DNA of 64,000 bases from a candidate division WOR-3 bacterium (GCA_039804105.1 JBDRZU010000001.1:1312001-1376000); one strand, 5' to 3'; positions 52,864 to 62,933 are shown, numbered from the stretch's first letter. A program made the numbers and translations. The notes: generated by a model not told the origin, from the letters alone.

Positions 52864-54157
52864 TACAATATTTGCACCGATAACTCTTGTTGGTAATTCT
52901 GCTATTACAGTTGTCAGAATATCTGGTCCTGAGACCTTTGAAATATTAAAAAAGATAACTTCTATCGAAAAATTTGCCCATCATAAAGTTTATGTTGATT
53001 ATATAAAATATAACGATAAAGTATATGATCATACTGTTATAACAACTTTTTTTTCTCCAAACAGTTATACGGGTGAAGATATGGCAGAGATTTCTTTACA
53101 TGGAGGTTTTGCTGTTGTTGAAACATTTTTAAAACTGTTAAAATCTTTAAACCTTAGAGAATCTGAAAGGGGAGAGTTTACAAAGAGAGCTTTTTTGAAC
53201 GGAAAAATCGATCTTGTTCAAGCGGAATCGATACTTCAAATAATAAATTCAAAAACTGAAAGATCACTTTTCTTATCACTGAAAAATGAGATGGGAGAGT
53301 TTTCCCAAAAAATAAATGGGATAAAAGATGATTTTTTATCTTTGAAATCGTATGTTCAAAGTGCTATCGATTTCCCTGATGATGTGGATTGGTCATTTGA
53401 TAATTTTAAAAAAGAATTGGAAAAGGTTAAAATCGAACTTGAAAGTTTGAAAAGATCGATTTCAAGCGGAAGAATGATGGATAAAGGGATAAAAGTTGTT
53501 CTTGTCGGAAGAAGTAACACCGGAAAATCAACTCTTTTCAATAGATTGCTGAAACAGGAAAGAGCAATAGTATCAGAGTTCGAAGGAACCACAAGGGATT
53601 TTATATCAGAATGGATAGATGTAAATGGAATACCTGTCAATTTAACTGATGGTTGTGGTATCAGGGATACGGATGACCCAATAGAAAAAAAGGGGATAGA
53701 GCTTCTGCTTCAAAAAATTGAAACATCTGATTTAGTCATTTTCATATATGATCTAACAAAAGGGTTATTGGAAGAGGATAAAAAAATCCTTCAGTTGATA
53801 GAGCATAAAGATCCAATAATTGTTGGAAACAAATGTGATCTATCAAACTCAAAAAAATATGAAGGAATAAAAATTTCGGCTTTGACTGGAGAAAATTTGA
53901 ATCTTCTGAATGAAGAAATTTTTAAGAGAATAAATTTTTCTGATGAAACGATAATAGTTTCCCAACATCAATTCAATGTGATTGAAAAGATGTTTGATGA
54001 AATGGTAAAACTTGAAAATTTAAATATAAAACACGAGCCTGAAATAATAGATTTTCATTTAAAAAATATGATTGATCAATGTGATATGTTGCTTGGAAAG
54101 ATAACGGACGAGGAAATTCTCGATAGAATCTTTTCGAATTTTTGTATCGGAAAATAG
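52850..54157 (+). CDS. mnmE: tRNA modification GTPase
   Basis: SYTGED, GEFTKRAFLNGK, GRSNTGKS, GTTRD, NKCD, FCIGK. Confidence 0.97.
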   Translation: MVKNDTIFAPITLVGNSAITVVRISGPETFEILKKITSIEKFAHHKVYVDYIKYNDKVYDHTVITTFFSPNSYTGEDMAEISLHGGFAVVETFLKLLKSLNLRESERGEFTKRAFLNGKIDLVQAESILQIINSKTERSLFLSLKNEMGEFSQKINGIKDDFLSLKSYVQSAIDFPDDVDWSFDNFKKELEKVKIELESLKRSISSGRMMDKGIKVVLVGRSNTGKSTLFNRLLKQERAIVSEFEGTTRDFISEWIDVNGIPVNLTDGCGIRDTDDPIEKKGIELLLQKIETSDLVIFIYDLTKGLLEEDKKILQLIEHKDPIIVGNKCDLSNSKKYEGIKISALTGENLNLLNEEIFKRINFSDETIIVSQHQFNVIEKMFDEMVKLENLNIKHEPEIIDFHLKNMIDQCDMLLGKITDEEILDRIFSNFCIGK

Positions 54158-54165
54158 GAGGAATT

Positions 54166-54855
54166 TTGAGAGAATATTCTTTAAAGATGAACTATTTGAA
54201 AAATGAAAAAGCGAGTTGCCTTGTTTCTATGGGAAACACGCAAGTGTTGTGTGTCGCAACACTTCAAAAAAAACTTCCGCCTTTTATAAATCCAGAAGAG
54301 AGTGGCTGGATAACAGCTGAATATGCAATGTTGCCAAGATCGTCCACAAACAGAATCGAAAGGGAAAGAGGAAAGATCAACAGTAGGTCAACAGAAATAC
54401 AGCGGTTGATTGGAAGGTCTTTGAGAGCGTCGGTTGATCTTGGTAAAATGAAAAATGTTTCAATAATAGTTGATTGTGATGTTATCGTTGCAGATGGTGG
54501 AACAAGATGTGCCTCAATAAATGGTGGAATGGCTGTTTTGTATGTTTTGGTTTCAAATCTTATGAGAGAAGGAATCATAACTGAAAATCCATTTAAAACT
54601 TATATTGGAGCGATAAGTGGTGGGATAGTTGATCAAAAGATTGTTATAGATCTCGATTACGAAAATGATTCAAAGTCCTCATCAGATTTCAATTTTGTGC
54701 TTGATGATCAGGGAAAGATAGTCGAAATACAGGGAACTTCTGAAAGGGATAACATTTCAAAAGAGGATTTTGATAAAATTTTTGAAAAAGCAAAAAAGGA
54801 AATAATGAAAATAATTGATTTTTCAAAGAAAAAAGTTAAATATGGCAAAATTTAA
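54166..54855 (+). CDS. rph: Ribonuclease PH
   Basis: GWITAEYAMLPRS, EIQRLIGRSLR, DCDVIVADGGTRCASI, DLDYEND; TTG start after GGAGG. Confidence 0.93.
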   Translation: MREYSLKMNYLKNEKASCLVSMGNTQVLCVATLQKKLPPFINPEESGWITAEYAMLPRSSTNRIERERGKINSRSTEIQRLIGRSLRASVDLGKMKNVSIIVDCDVIVADGGTRCASINGGMAVLYVLVSNLMREGIITENPFKTYIGAISGGIVDQKIVIDLDYENDSKSSSDFNFVLDDQGKIVEIQGTSERDNISKEDFDKIFEKAKKEIMKIIDFSKKKVKYGKI

Positions 54856-55822
54856 AATAGAGCACAAAGTAAAAAGTGAAAACCCATCATCAAGGTTGGA
54901 TATTTTTTTAAAATCTCTTGGAGTAAGATTATCGAGAACAAGGATAGCAAATCTGATAGAGGAAGGGAAAGTTCTTGTAAATGGAAAGATTGAAAAACCA
55001 TCTTATAAAGTGAAAAAGGGAGATCATATACTTGTGGAATACGAAATACTCGTAAAAACCGATCTTCAGCCTGAAGATATACCTTTGAAGATACTCTATG
55101 AGGATGATGATATTATAGTTATAGATAAAGAAAAAGGAATGGTTGTTCATCCAGCAAAGGGAAACAGAGAGGGAACAATTGTAAACGCTTTACTTCATCA
55201 CACAAAACTGTCAGGTGGAGATGAACAACGACCAGGTGTTGTCCATCGTCTTGATAAGGATACAAGCGGAGTTATGGTTTTTGCAAAAAATGAAAGAGCA
55301 CATCAATATCTTGCTAACGAGATTGAAAGGAGGAGAGTCAAAAGAACTTATCTTGCTTTGGTCTGGGGTAGTTTTACAAGAAAGGTTGGGGAAATTAACG
55401 CTCCGATTGGAAGAAGTAATGTTGATAGAAAACTTATGACTGTGACAGATGTGAACAGTAAGGAAGCGATAACTGTTTACAGGGTTTTAAAAAATTTTAA
55501 AATATGTTCTCTTCTTAAAGTCAACCTTCAAACTGGAAGAACACATCAAATAAGAGTCCACATGCATCATATAGAACATCCTGTTGTTGGTGATCAGGAA
55601 TATAAAAAAAATATTCATCTTGCTTTAAAAAATCTTCCTGTTGACTTGAAAAAACATTTTGATAATATTAACGGACTTATTGATAGACAAGCGTTACATT
55701 CTGTATCATTGACATTCAGGCATCCTTCCGATGGTAGAATTGTTTCGTTCTATTCACCTTTGCCAGAGGATTTTTTGGATGTATTAAATTATCTCTGGAA
55801 TTTAGACAAGGAGAATAATTGA
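54842..55822 (+). CDS. rluD: RluA-family pseudouridine synthase (RluD-like)
   Basis: N-terminal S4 domain; HRLDKDTSG, TGRTHQIRVH, RQALH. Confidence 0.9.
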   Translation: MAKFKIEHKVKSENPSSRLDIFLKSLGVRLSRTRIANLIEEGKVLVNGKIEKPSYKVKKGDHILVEYEILVKTDLQPEDIPLKILYEDDDIIVIDKEKGMVVHPAKGNREGTIVNALLHHTKLSGGDEQRPGVVHRLDKDTSGVMVFAKNERAHQYLANEIERRRVKRTYLALVWGSFTRKVGEINAPIGRSNVDRKLMTVTDVNSKEAITVYRVLKNFKICSLLKVNLQTGRTHQIRVHMHHIEHPVVGDQEYKKNIHLALKNLPVDLKKHFDNINGLIDRQALHSVSLTFRHPSDGRIVSFYSPLPEDFLDVLNYLWNLDKENN

Positions 55823-58023
55823 AACTTATAATTGTTGAATCACCTACGAAAGCAAAAACGATAGAAAATTATGCTGGAAAAGATTTCAAAGTGTTATCGT
55901 CAAAAGGTCATATAATCGATTTACCTGAAAAGATTCTCGGGATAAACATAGAGAAAGATTTTGAACCTGATTTTCGATTAATCCAGAATAAATCAAAAAT
56001 AGTTGCTCAGATAAAAGAGGAGAGTTTGAAAAGTGAAAAGATATTTATAGCAACAGATCCTGATAGGGAAGGTGAAGCAATTGCGTTTCATATAGTTTCA
56101 ATAATGGATGATCAGATAAAATCAAAAGCAAAAAGGGTTCTATTTTATGAGATAACGAAAAAAGGAATAAAAGAGGGACTTGAAAATCCAAAAGATATAA
56201 ACATGAATCTTGTTGAATCACAGTATGCGAGAAGAATACTTGATCGACTGGTTGGTTACCTAATAAGTCCGTTTTTATGGAAAGTTATAAAAAAAGGACT
56301 CTCAGCAGGTAGAGTCCAATCTGTTGCTTTAAGGTTTATATGTGAAAAGGAAGAAAAGATAAGAAATTTTAAAAGTAAGGTAACTTTTAAAATAAAAGGA
56401 AAATTTAAACATAAAAATGGTTCATTTTATGCTGACCTTATAAAGTACAATAACGATAAGGCGGTTTTTGAAGAGGAAATAAAAGCAAAAGGAATTATAG
56501 ATCTTTTAAAACAGGAACAGTTTGTTATAAAAAATGTTTCATTTGATGATAAATCTATAAAACCTTATCCTCCTTTTATTACAAGTACTCTTCAACAGGC
56601 AGCGGCGAATATTTTGGGTTTCCCTGCAAAGAAGACGATGAGCATAGCACAGCAACTTTATGAAGGTGTGAAAATTGAAAATAGTATGACAGGTCTTATC
56701 ACATATATGAGAACCGATTCTACAAGAATGAGTGAAGATGGAATAAAGATGATCAGAGATTATATAGAGAAAACGATGACAAAAGATTATCTTTCCGAAC
56801 ATGTAAATGTATATGAAAGTTCGAAATCTTCTCAGGATGCTCACGAAGCGATAAGGGTTACAGATGTTGAACTCACACCCGAAAAAGTTGAAAAATACCT
56901 TTCAAAGGATCAGTATAAACTTTATTCTCTTATATGGAAAAGAAGTGTTGCGACGCAGATGAAAAATGGTGTCTATACTTATACAACCGTTGATATCGAA
57001 GGTGGCAAATTTTATTTTAGAGGTGTTGGAAACAGGTTGAAATTTGATGGTTTTTTAAAAATTTATCCTTACGGTGATTTCAGAAACCTGAAAAATGATA
57101 TACCTGAAGTTGCTAAAAATGATGAGGTAAAACTTGAAGAATCAGAGATAAAAAAAGAGGAGACCCAACCACCATCAAGATATACGGATGCTACCCTTGT
57201 AAAAGCACTCGAACAGAAAGGTATTGGAAGACCTTCAACCTATGCATCCATAATCGATATTCTTTTGAAAAGGAAATATGTTTTAAGGGAAAAGAGATTT
57301 TTTAAACCAACAGAACTTGGTGAAACTGTAAACAATCTTCTCATAAGATGGTTTCCCGATATTTTTGATGCTGGCTTTACAGCAAAAATGGAAGAAAAAC
57401 TGGATCAGATTGTTGAAGGAAAATTTTTGAGAAAAGAAATTTTAAAGGATTTTTATACTCAACTTGAAAAAGATTTGAAAAATGCTAATGGAAGTAGTAA
57501 AGAGGTTTCAAAAAGTGTTCAACAGAAAACTGATCAAGTGTGTGAAAAATGTGGTTCCCCGATGATTATCAGATGGGGGAGATATGGAAAATTTTTATCA
57601 TGTACTAACTATCCAAAATGTTCCAATGCAAAACCGATAGTTGAGGATGAAGAAAAACTTGATGAAAAATGTCCAATATGTGGAAAAGAACTTGTTGTGA
57701 AAAATGGGAAATATGGAAAATTTATTTCCTGTTCAGATTATCCAAAATGTAAATTTACTAAGAATTATTCAGTTGGAATAAAATGTCCAAAAGATGATGG
57801 TGATATCATTCAAAGGAAAAGTTCTAAAGGAAAAGTTTTTTATGGTTGTTCCAATTATCCGAAATGTGATTTTGTTCTCTGGTCAAAACCTGAAAAGATA
57901 AAATGTGAGAAGTGTGGTTTCGAAGGTATGGTAAAAGTTAAGGACAAATATAAATGTATAAAATGTAACCATACTCAGACGATAGATGAAAATATCTCTC
58001 ACGATGATAATCCGGAAGAATAG
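55819..58023 (+). CDS. topA: DNA topoisomerase I
   Basis: IVESPTK, DPDREGE, SAGRVQ, LITYMRTDS, GIGRPSTY, C-terminal zinc ribbons. Confidence 0.97.
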   Translation: MKLIIVESPTKAKTIENYAGKDFKVLSSKGHIIDLPEKILGINIEKDFEPDFRLIQNKSKIVAQIKEESLKSEKIFIATDPDREGEAIAFHIVSIMDDQIKSKAKRVLFYEITKKGIKEGLENPKDINMNLVESQYARRILDRLVGYLISPFLWKVIKKGLSAGRVQSVALRFICEKEEKIRNFKSKVTFKIKGKFKHKNGSFYADLIKYNNDKAVFEEEIKAKGIIDLLKQEQFVIKNVSFDDKSIKPYPPFITSTLQQAAANILGFPAKKTMSIAQQLYEGVKIENSMTGLITYMRTDSTRMSEDGIKMIRDYIEKTMTKDYLSEHVNVYESSKSSQDAHEAIRVTDVELTPEKVEKYLSKDQYKLYSLIWKRSVATQMKNGVYTYTTVDIEGGKFYFRGVGNRLKFDGFLKIYPYGDFRNLKNDIPEVAKNDEVKLEESEIKKEETQPPSRYTDATLVKALEQKGIGRPSTYASIIDILLKRKYVLREKRFFKPTELGETVNNLLIRWFPDIFDAGFTAKMEEKLDQIVEGKFLRKEILKDFYTQLEKDLKNANGSSKEVSKSVQQKTDQVCEKCGSPMIIRWGRYGKFLSCTNYPKCSNAKPIVEDEEKLDEKCPICGKELVVKNGKYGKFISCSDYPKCKFTKNYSVGIKCPKDDGDIIQRKSSKGKVFYGCSNYPKCDFVLWSKPEKIKCEKCGFEGMVKVKDKYKCIKCNHTQTIDENISHDDNPEE

Positions 58024-58874
58024 ATCGTATATAGATTTTTTACCCTTTCGATATAATTTTCCGAAGGAGTTTCATTCCTTCGAGCCATAACTTTTTTTAT
58101 ATCTAATACCAATTTTTCGATGTTATAGATGTTGGAATCATCTCCCCATGAAAAAGGTTTTATGTATTTTTTATTTCTGATATCAAGAAAAATGTTCGAA
58201 AAAGGTCCTATGACTGTTCCTGTGTTTATCATTGTTCCTATTGCTGTTTTTACATGTTCTCCTATGATACATCCCAATTTTTGCATTCCACTATCAACAA
58301 AATCTTCTCCATTAAAAATTCTTATGGTGGAATAATTGTTCTTAAGATCAGAATTCGTTGTCCCAGCACCGAGGTTTACCCAATTACAAATTATCGAATG
58401 ACCGATGAATCCATAATGATGTTTGTTAACATAATCAAAAAAAATCGATTCTTCAATTTCTCCTGATAGTTTGCACACTTTTCCAGAAACGAACGGTCCC
58501 CTTATAGTTGCTGAATCTATGAGATTACCTTCACCTATGAAGACGGGTCCTTCTATCGAATTGAAATTTTTTAACACTGTATCATCGGAAATGAAAACAT
58601 CTCCTTTTGTAAGATTGATTATTGTTAATCCTTCAACTTTAATATTTTTACCTAAATGAAGTTTACTTTTTTCTCCGATTATAAATAGATTTTGCGGAAA
58701 CGGATTTTGAGGTAAAGTGATATTCCCAAAAAAGGTATTTAAAATTTTTTCAAGGTTTTTCACAAGGTCATAACTATTTTCAATCTTTGTAAAACTATTG
58801 ATTTCATTCAAATTCATTCCCAGAATTTTTATGTTCTCTTTATCCATCGTCAACGAAAGTGGAAAAAGATTCAT
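57999..58874 (-). CDS. Left-handed beta-helix acyltransferase related to the GlmU C-terminal domain
   Basis: IEGPVFIG, NKHHYGFIGHSIICNWVNLGAGTTNSDLKN, GCIIGEHVKTAIG. Confidence 0.75.
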   Translation of the reverse strand: MNLFPLSLTMDKENIKILGMNLNEINSFTKIENSYDLVKNLEKILNTFFGNITLPQNPFPQNLFIIGEKSKLHLGKNIKVEGLTIINLTKGDVFISDDTVLKNFNSIEGPVFIGEGNLIDSATIRGPFVSGKVCKLSGEIEESIFFDYVNKHHYGFIGHSIICNWVNLGAGTTNSDLKNNYSTIRIFNGEDFVDSGMQKLGCIIGEHVKTAIGTMINTGTVIGPFSNIFLDIRNKKYIKPFSWGDDSNIYNIEKLVLDIKKVMARRNETPSENYIERVKNLYTIYSSGLSS

Positions 58875-59977
58875 ATTTCCATCTCCCTTTTGTATATTTC
58901 ATAGTATTCAAGAACCTTCTCTTTAAACTCTTTTTTAAATCTTTCTTTTGAAAATCTCAAGGAATTGTTTCTACAATCTTCCTGTGAGAAACTCATCCTA
59001 TCGAATCTATATATAGCATCTATAAGAGAATCAACATTTTGTTTTTCAAAGAACACTCCAGTTTTATTTTCGATTATTGTTTCAACTGCTCCTCCCATTT
59101 TCAAAGCTATAACGGGTTTTCCACATGCCTGGGCTTCAAGTGAAACTATTCCAAAATCTTCAACCTGAGGAAACACAAGGGCTTTACATCTTTGATAGTA
59201 GGAAAGCAACTTTTTATCATCAACATAGTTTAAAAATTGAATGTTCTTTTCAGAAATAGATTTTAAATAGTTGTAATGTGTTCCTTGTCCGATTATCACC
59301 AGAGGTCTTTTCAATCTGTTGAATGCCTTTATCGCAAGTTCAATAGATTTATAAGGTTTCAAACGGGAGACAATCAAAAAGAATTCCTCCTGCCTTTTAT
59401 CTTTGTTGGGAATAAAATAATCGGTGTTTACTGGTGGATATATTATAGGTGAATCTATATCGTAATATTTTTTCAATCTTTTTTGGACAGTTTTAGAGAT
59501 CGTAATGTAGAAATCAGGTCTTTTTGATGAAACTTCATCCCATAATCTTATTTGACTTAAAATCAGTTTAAGCCCTTTACTCACGATTCCTCTTTTATTA
59601 ATGAGAGGAAAAAATGACTCCCATACAAATCTCATTGGGTTGAGGCAATAGGTTACATGCATCGTTTTTGTATTTGTTATAACACCTTTTGCCCAAGCAG
59701 AGGAGTTTGAGATTATGATATCGAATTCTCTTGTATCAAAAGATTCGATTGCTGCTGGATAAAAAGGTAGAAGATATTCATAATAGAATTTTGAAAAGGG
59801 AAATTTGTTTAAAAACGACTTTTTAATTTTGTGTTTAGCAAGAACAGGTGAAACTCTATTTTTATCATATATCAAAGTGAATACTGTTGATTCTGGAAAT
59901 ATCTCAAGTAAGACCTCTAAAACTCTTTCAGCACCACCATATTGGTTCAAATAGTCGTGTACTATTCCAATTTTCAT
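58871..59977 (-). CDS. Glycosyltransferase family 4
   Basis: HDYLNQYGGAERV, YPPV, SRLKPYK, EDFGIVSLEAQACGKPV. Confidence 0.93.
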   Translation of the reverse strand: MKIGIVHDYLNQYGGAERVLEVLLEIFPESTVFTLIYDKNRVSPVLAKHKIKKSFLNKFPFSKFYYEYLLPFYPAAIESFDTREFDIIISNSSAWAKGVITNTKTMHVTYCLNPMRFVWESFFPLINKRGIVSKGLKLILSQIRLWDEVSSKRPDFYITISKTVQKRLKKYYDIDSPIIYPPVNTDYFIPNKDKRQEEFFLIVSRLKPYKSIELAIKAFNRLKRPLVIIGQGTHYNYLKSISEKNIQFLNYVDDKKLLSYYQRCKALVFPQVEDFGIVSLEAQACGKPVIALKMGGAVETIIENKTGVFFEKQNVDSLIDAIYRFDRMSFSQEDCRNNSLRFSKERFKKEFKEKVLEYYEIYKREMEI

Positions 59978-59994
59978 TATTGATATTATATGTG

Positions 59995-60022
59995 TTGAAA
60001 AAAAATAGTAAATAGGTAAAAT
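59995..60022 (+). promoter_or_regulatory. Putative promoter of the helical-repeat gene (leaderless)
   Basis: TTGAAA-N16-TAAAAT, 7 nt before ATG 60030. Confidence 0.55.
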
Positions 60023-60029
60023 ACGCTTT

Positions 60030-61544
60030 ATGAAGAAAATTTTATTTTTTAAAGTTTTTATTTTTTTTTCTTTTATTTTTGTTTATTCTTCTCAGAGATA
60101 TAATCAACTTTTTATTGAAAAAGCACTTGAAAAAAGAAATTTTAAAGAGTTTGATGATGAAACTTATTGTAAGATTGCAAGGAATTATTTCATTGAAGGT
60201 AATTTTGAAAATTTTCTGGGAACATTAAGGAATATCGAGAATGAAGAAATAAAAATTTTTACTGTAGAAAGAAGTTTTAATGATGCTATTGAAAAGAAAA
60301 ATTATGATTTCGCAATAAAACTCATAGAGAATCTAAATTATTCTTTTAAAACCAGATTCTATTTAAAAATTGCTTATGAATATATAAAGGATCAAAATCT
60401 TTCAAAAGCGAAAAAATATTTTGAACTATCGGAAAGTTTTCTTTCATATATAAAGAATGATTTTGAAAAAACTCAGTCAAAAATTCTTTTGGGAAAAGGA
60501 TTTGGACTTGTAAAGGAAATGTCGAAATCCCTTTCATTGTTAAGTTCAGCATTTTGGGAAACAAATCGAGTGAAGAATAAAACTGAAAAGGCAATTCTTC
60601 TTGTTGAACTTTTTGATGCTTATAGAAAATTGAATCTTTCTGTGAATTCGAAACTTGTCGAAATCCAACTTGGTTTTGAAAACGATCCAGAGATCTTGTT
60701 AACAGTTTCAGAAAAGTTCTTTGAAAAAGGTGATTCTACGAGTTCAAGAAAATATCTGGATCTTGCTTATAAAAATAGAAATAGGATAAAAAATAATATC
60801 AAAAAAACGCTTTTGCTTTCACAGATAACAAATGATTATCATCTGTTAAACGATAAAGCAAAATTAGCAAATTCCTTTAAAGAGACGATCAGAGAGGCAA
60901 AAAGTATTACCAAAAGGGTCGAAAGAGTTAAAATGATACTTTCTGTTTTAAGATTTAACAACGATGAAAATCTTGAAAAACTTCTTATAGAAGATATTTC
61001 AATGGTGAAAGATGATAGGTTAAAGAATGAGATGCTTTTGAAATTGATCGAAACATATTTGATAAAAGGTGAAGATGAAAAAGGTTTTTTACTTTTAAAG
61101 ATGTTTATTAACGAGTTAAAGACAAATAATAATGACAATGTTTTATTCTATCTGCATCTTATATCAGAGATGTATGCAAATTATGGAAGTGTTCCATCAT
61201 GTCTTGATTTTATAAAAATTTTGAAAAGGGATTTCAAAAAATACCCATCAGTAATATCCAAGATGTATATCTATAAGAATGATTTTACATCAGGTTTTGA
61301 GTATATAAAATTAGTAAAAGAGAATCAAGAAAAGATACCTTTGCTATACCTCTTTCTCGAAGAAACATTTAAAAAAGAGGATAATAGTTTAAATAACAGA
61401 AATTTACAGGAAGTTTTTCAGTTGATTTCTAAAATCGATGATAAAAAATTTAAATCTATGTTATTACTTGATATTTCCTATTTGATATTGAAGTACAATG
61501 TTAATATAGATAATAAAACTTTGTATTATCTTGAAACTATTTGA
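60030..61544 (+). CDS. Exported hypothetical alpha-helical (TPR-like) repeat protein
   Basis: Signal peptide; about 40-aa helical repeats (IKNDFEK, VKNKTEK, IKNNIKK). Confidence 0.6.
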   Translation: MKKILFFKVFIFFSFIFVYSSQRYNQLFIEKALEKRNFKEFDDETYCKIARNYFIEGNFENFLGTLRNIENEEIKIFTVERSFNDAIEKKNYDFAIKLIENLNYSFKTRFYLKIAYEYIKDQNLSKAKKYFELSESFLSYIKNDFEKTQSKILLGKGFGLVKEMSKSLSLLSSAFWETNRVKNKTEKAILLVELFDAYRKLNLSVNSKLVEIQLGFENDPEILLTVSEKFFEKGDSTSSRKYLDLAYKNRNRIKNNIKKTLLLSQITNDYHLLNDKAKLANSFKETIREAKSITKRVERVKMILSVLRFNNDENLEKLLIEDISMVKDDRLKNEMLLKLIETYLIKGEDEKGFLLLKMFINELKTNNNDNVLFYLHLISEMYANYGSVPSCLDFIKILKRDFKKYPSVISKMYIYKNDFTSGFEYIKLVKENQEKIPLLYLFLEETFKKEDNSLNNRNLQEVFQLISKIDDKKFKSMLLLDISYLILKYNVNIDNKTLYYLETI

Positions 61545-62799
61545 TCTTTTTTAAACTATCAACAACATCTTTCAACTCTGTGCCCCTGCCTGTGAAATAA
61601 CTTTCGATTTTTTTCTTTATTCCTTCATCGATGTTCCTTTCGATTGGATTTATGCAAGAGTTTCCAATAGTTTCAATAAAAAATTTTCCAAAATTTATCA
61701 GAGGGATAACACCTTTTTCAGAGATTTGATCAACCGAATCTTTATCTGTATGTATAAACCTTGATGGAACACCACCCGCTCTAAATAGATTGATGGTTGG
61801 AACACCTTTGAGTGAAAAAGGCATATTATCACTTGAATATATATCTTTTGAAATATTTATTGAACTTCCAGTAAGTTTTGATACAAAATTTATTGCATTG
61901 ACGAGATAATCATTTGCTGTAACAATACACTGTGTTGTTCCAAAAGGATCACCTGCAACATCGAAATTGATTCCAAGGATATAGTTTTTTAGATCTTCTT
62001 CTTTTCTTGCGACAAAGAATCTGCTTCCCCACAGTCCCCATTCTTCTCCAGAAAAGAATGAAAAAATTATACCCCTTTTTGTTGGATTTTTTGAAAAGTG
62101 TGCTAAAAGTTCAGCCATTATTCCAATTCCTCCACTGTTATCAGAACCACCTGGAGATCTTGGAACAGTATCTGTATGTCCCATAACGATTATTTTTTCT
62201 TCTGTTTTTTTTGTTCCATCAATTGTTGCAATGATATTTTCTGTTCTTGTTTTATAAGTTTTTCCCTTTCCTTCAATCTTAACTTTTTTTCCTGTATTTT
62301 CCAAAAGTTTTAAAACATCAGAATATTTAATATCGATAATCGGGATTATACACTTTTTCTCTATCATCCAGCTTGAAAGATGTAAAGATGAAATTAAATC
62401 GTCAGATCTTGAAGCAGTGATTATTCCTTTTATCTTTTTTTCTTTCAAGACAGGAAATTTTGACATATTTGGTCGATCTTTCATGATTACAATTTTATTT
62501 TCAAAATTTTGATCAATATTTAATATCTGTTCAAAAGATTCAGCATACTCTAAAATCCCTTCAACTGAATATGGAACCGTTAACCCATAGGGAACACCTT
62601 CATATTTTTTAGAACCCAAAACCAGAAAACCTTTTCCGATTTCGGAAATGTATAACGGAAAATCTATCGTTTCATATTTAACTTTTAAATCTTTTAGAAA
62701 CTGCTTTAAAATATTGTTTGCCTTTTTATGATTTTCTGTTCCAGCAATTCTTTCACCTTTCAACTTTAGCATCAAATCGTATGCTATCTTTCCAGCCAT
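61537..62799 (-). CDS. M28 family aminopeptidase with PA domain
   Basis: GHTD, SDNSGG, GEEWGLWGS, NFD, SSD, IHTDKD. Confidence 0.88.
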   Translation of the reverse strand: MAGKIAYDLMLKLKGERIAGTENHKKANNILKQFLKDLKVKYETIDFPLYISEIGKGFLVLGSKKYEGVPYGLTVPYSVEGILEYAESFEQILNIDQNFENKIVIMKDRPNMSKFPVLKEKKIKGIITASRSDDLISSLHLSSWMIEKKCIIPIIDIKYSDVLKLLENTGKKVKIEGKGKTYKTRTENIIATIDGTKKTEEKIIVMGHTDTVPRSPGGSDNSGGIGIMAELLAHFSKNPTKRGIIFSFFSGEEWGLWGSRFFVARKEEDLKNYILGINFDVAGDPFGTTQCIVTANDYLVNAINFVSKLTGSSINISKDIYSSDNMPFSLKGVPTINLFRAGGVPSRFIHTDKDSVDQISEKGVIPLINFGKFFIETIGNSCINPIERNIDEGIKKKIESYFTGRGTELKDVVDSLKKIK

Positions 62800-62822
62800 T
62801 TCTCCTCCTTTTCATTTAGAGA

Positions 62823-62850
62823 ATTTTAGCATATAAAGTTTTAAAGTAAA
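62823..62850 (-). promoter_or_regulatory. Putative promoter of the M28 peptidase
   Basis: TTTACT-N16-TAAAAT with an extended -10 (TGc); GGAGGAG SD. Confidence 0.45.
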
Positions 62851-62872
62851 TGAATTTTTTTCTAAAAATAAA

Positions 62873-62900
62873 TTGACTTTAATAAAAAAAAATTTATAAT
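62873..62900 (+). promoter_or_regulatory. Putative mgtE promoter
   Basis: TTGACT-N16-TATAAT. Confidence 0.65.
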
Positions 62901-62933
62901 CAAAGAAAAATTCTCTTTTTTTAAGGGGTTTCT

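Noticed and set aside
57520..57975. Repeated TATCCAAAATG-like sequence in topA
   Set aside because: Explained by tandem zinc-ribbon domains (CxxYPKC); not a CRISPR or DNA repeat.
62900..62933. M-box or other riboswitch upstream of mgtE
   Set aside because: The leader between the predicted -10 and the ATG is only about 30 nt, too short for one.
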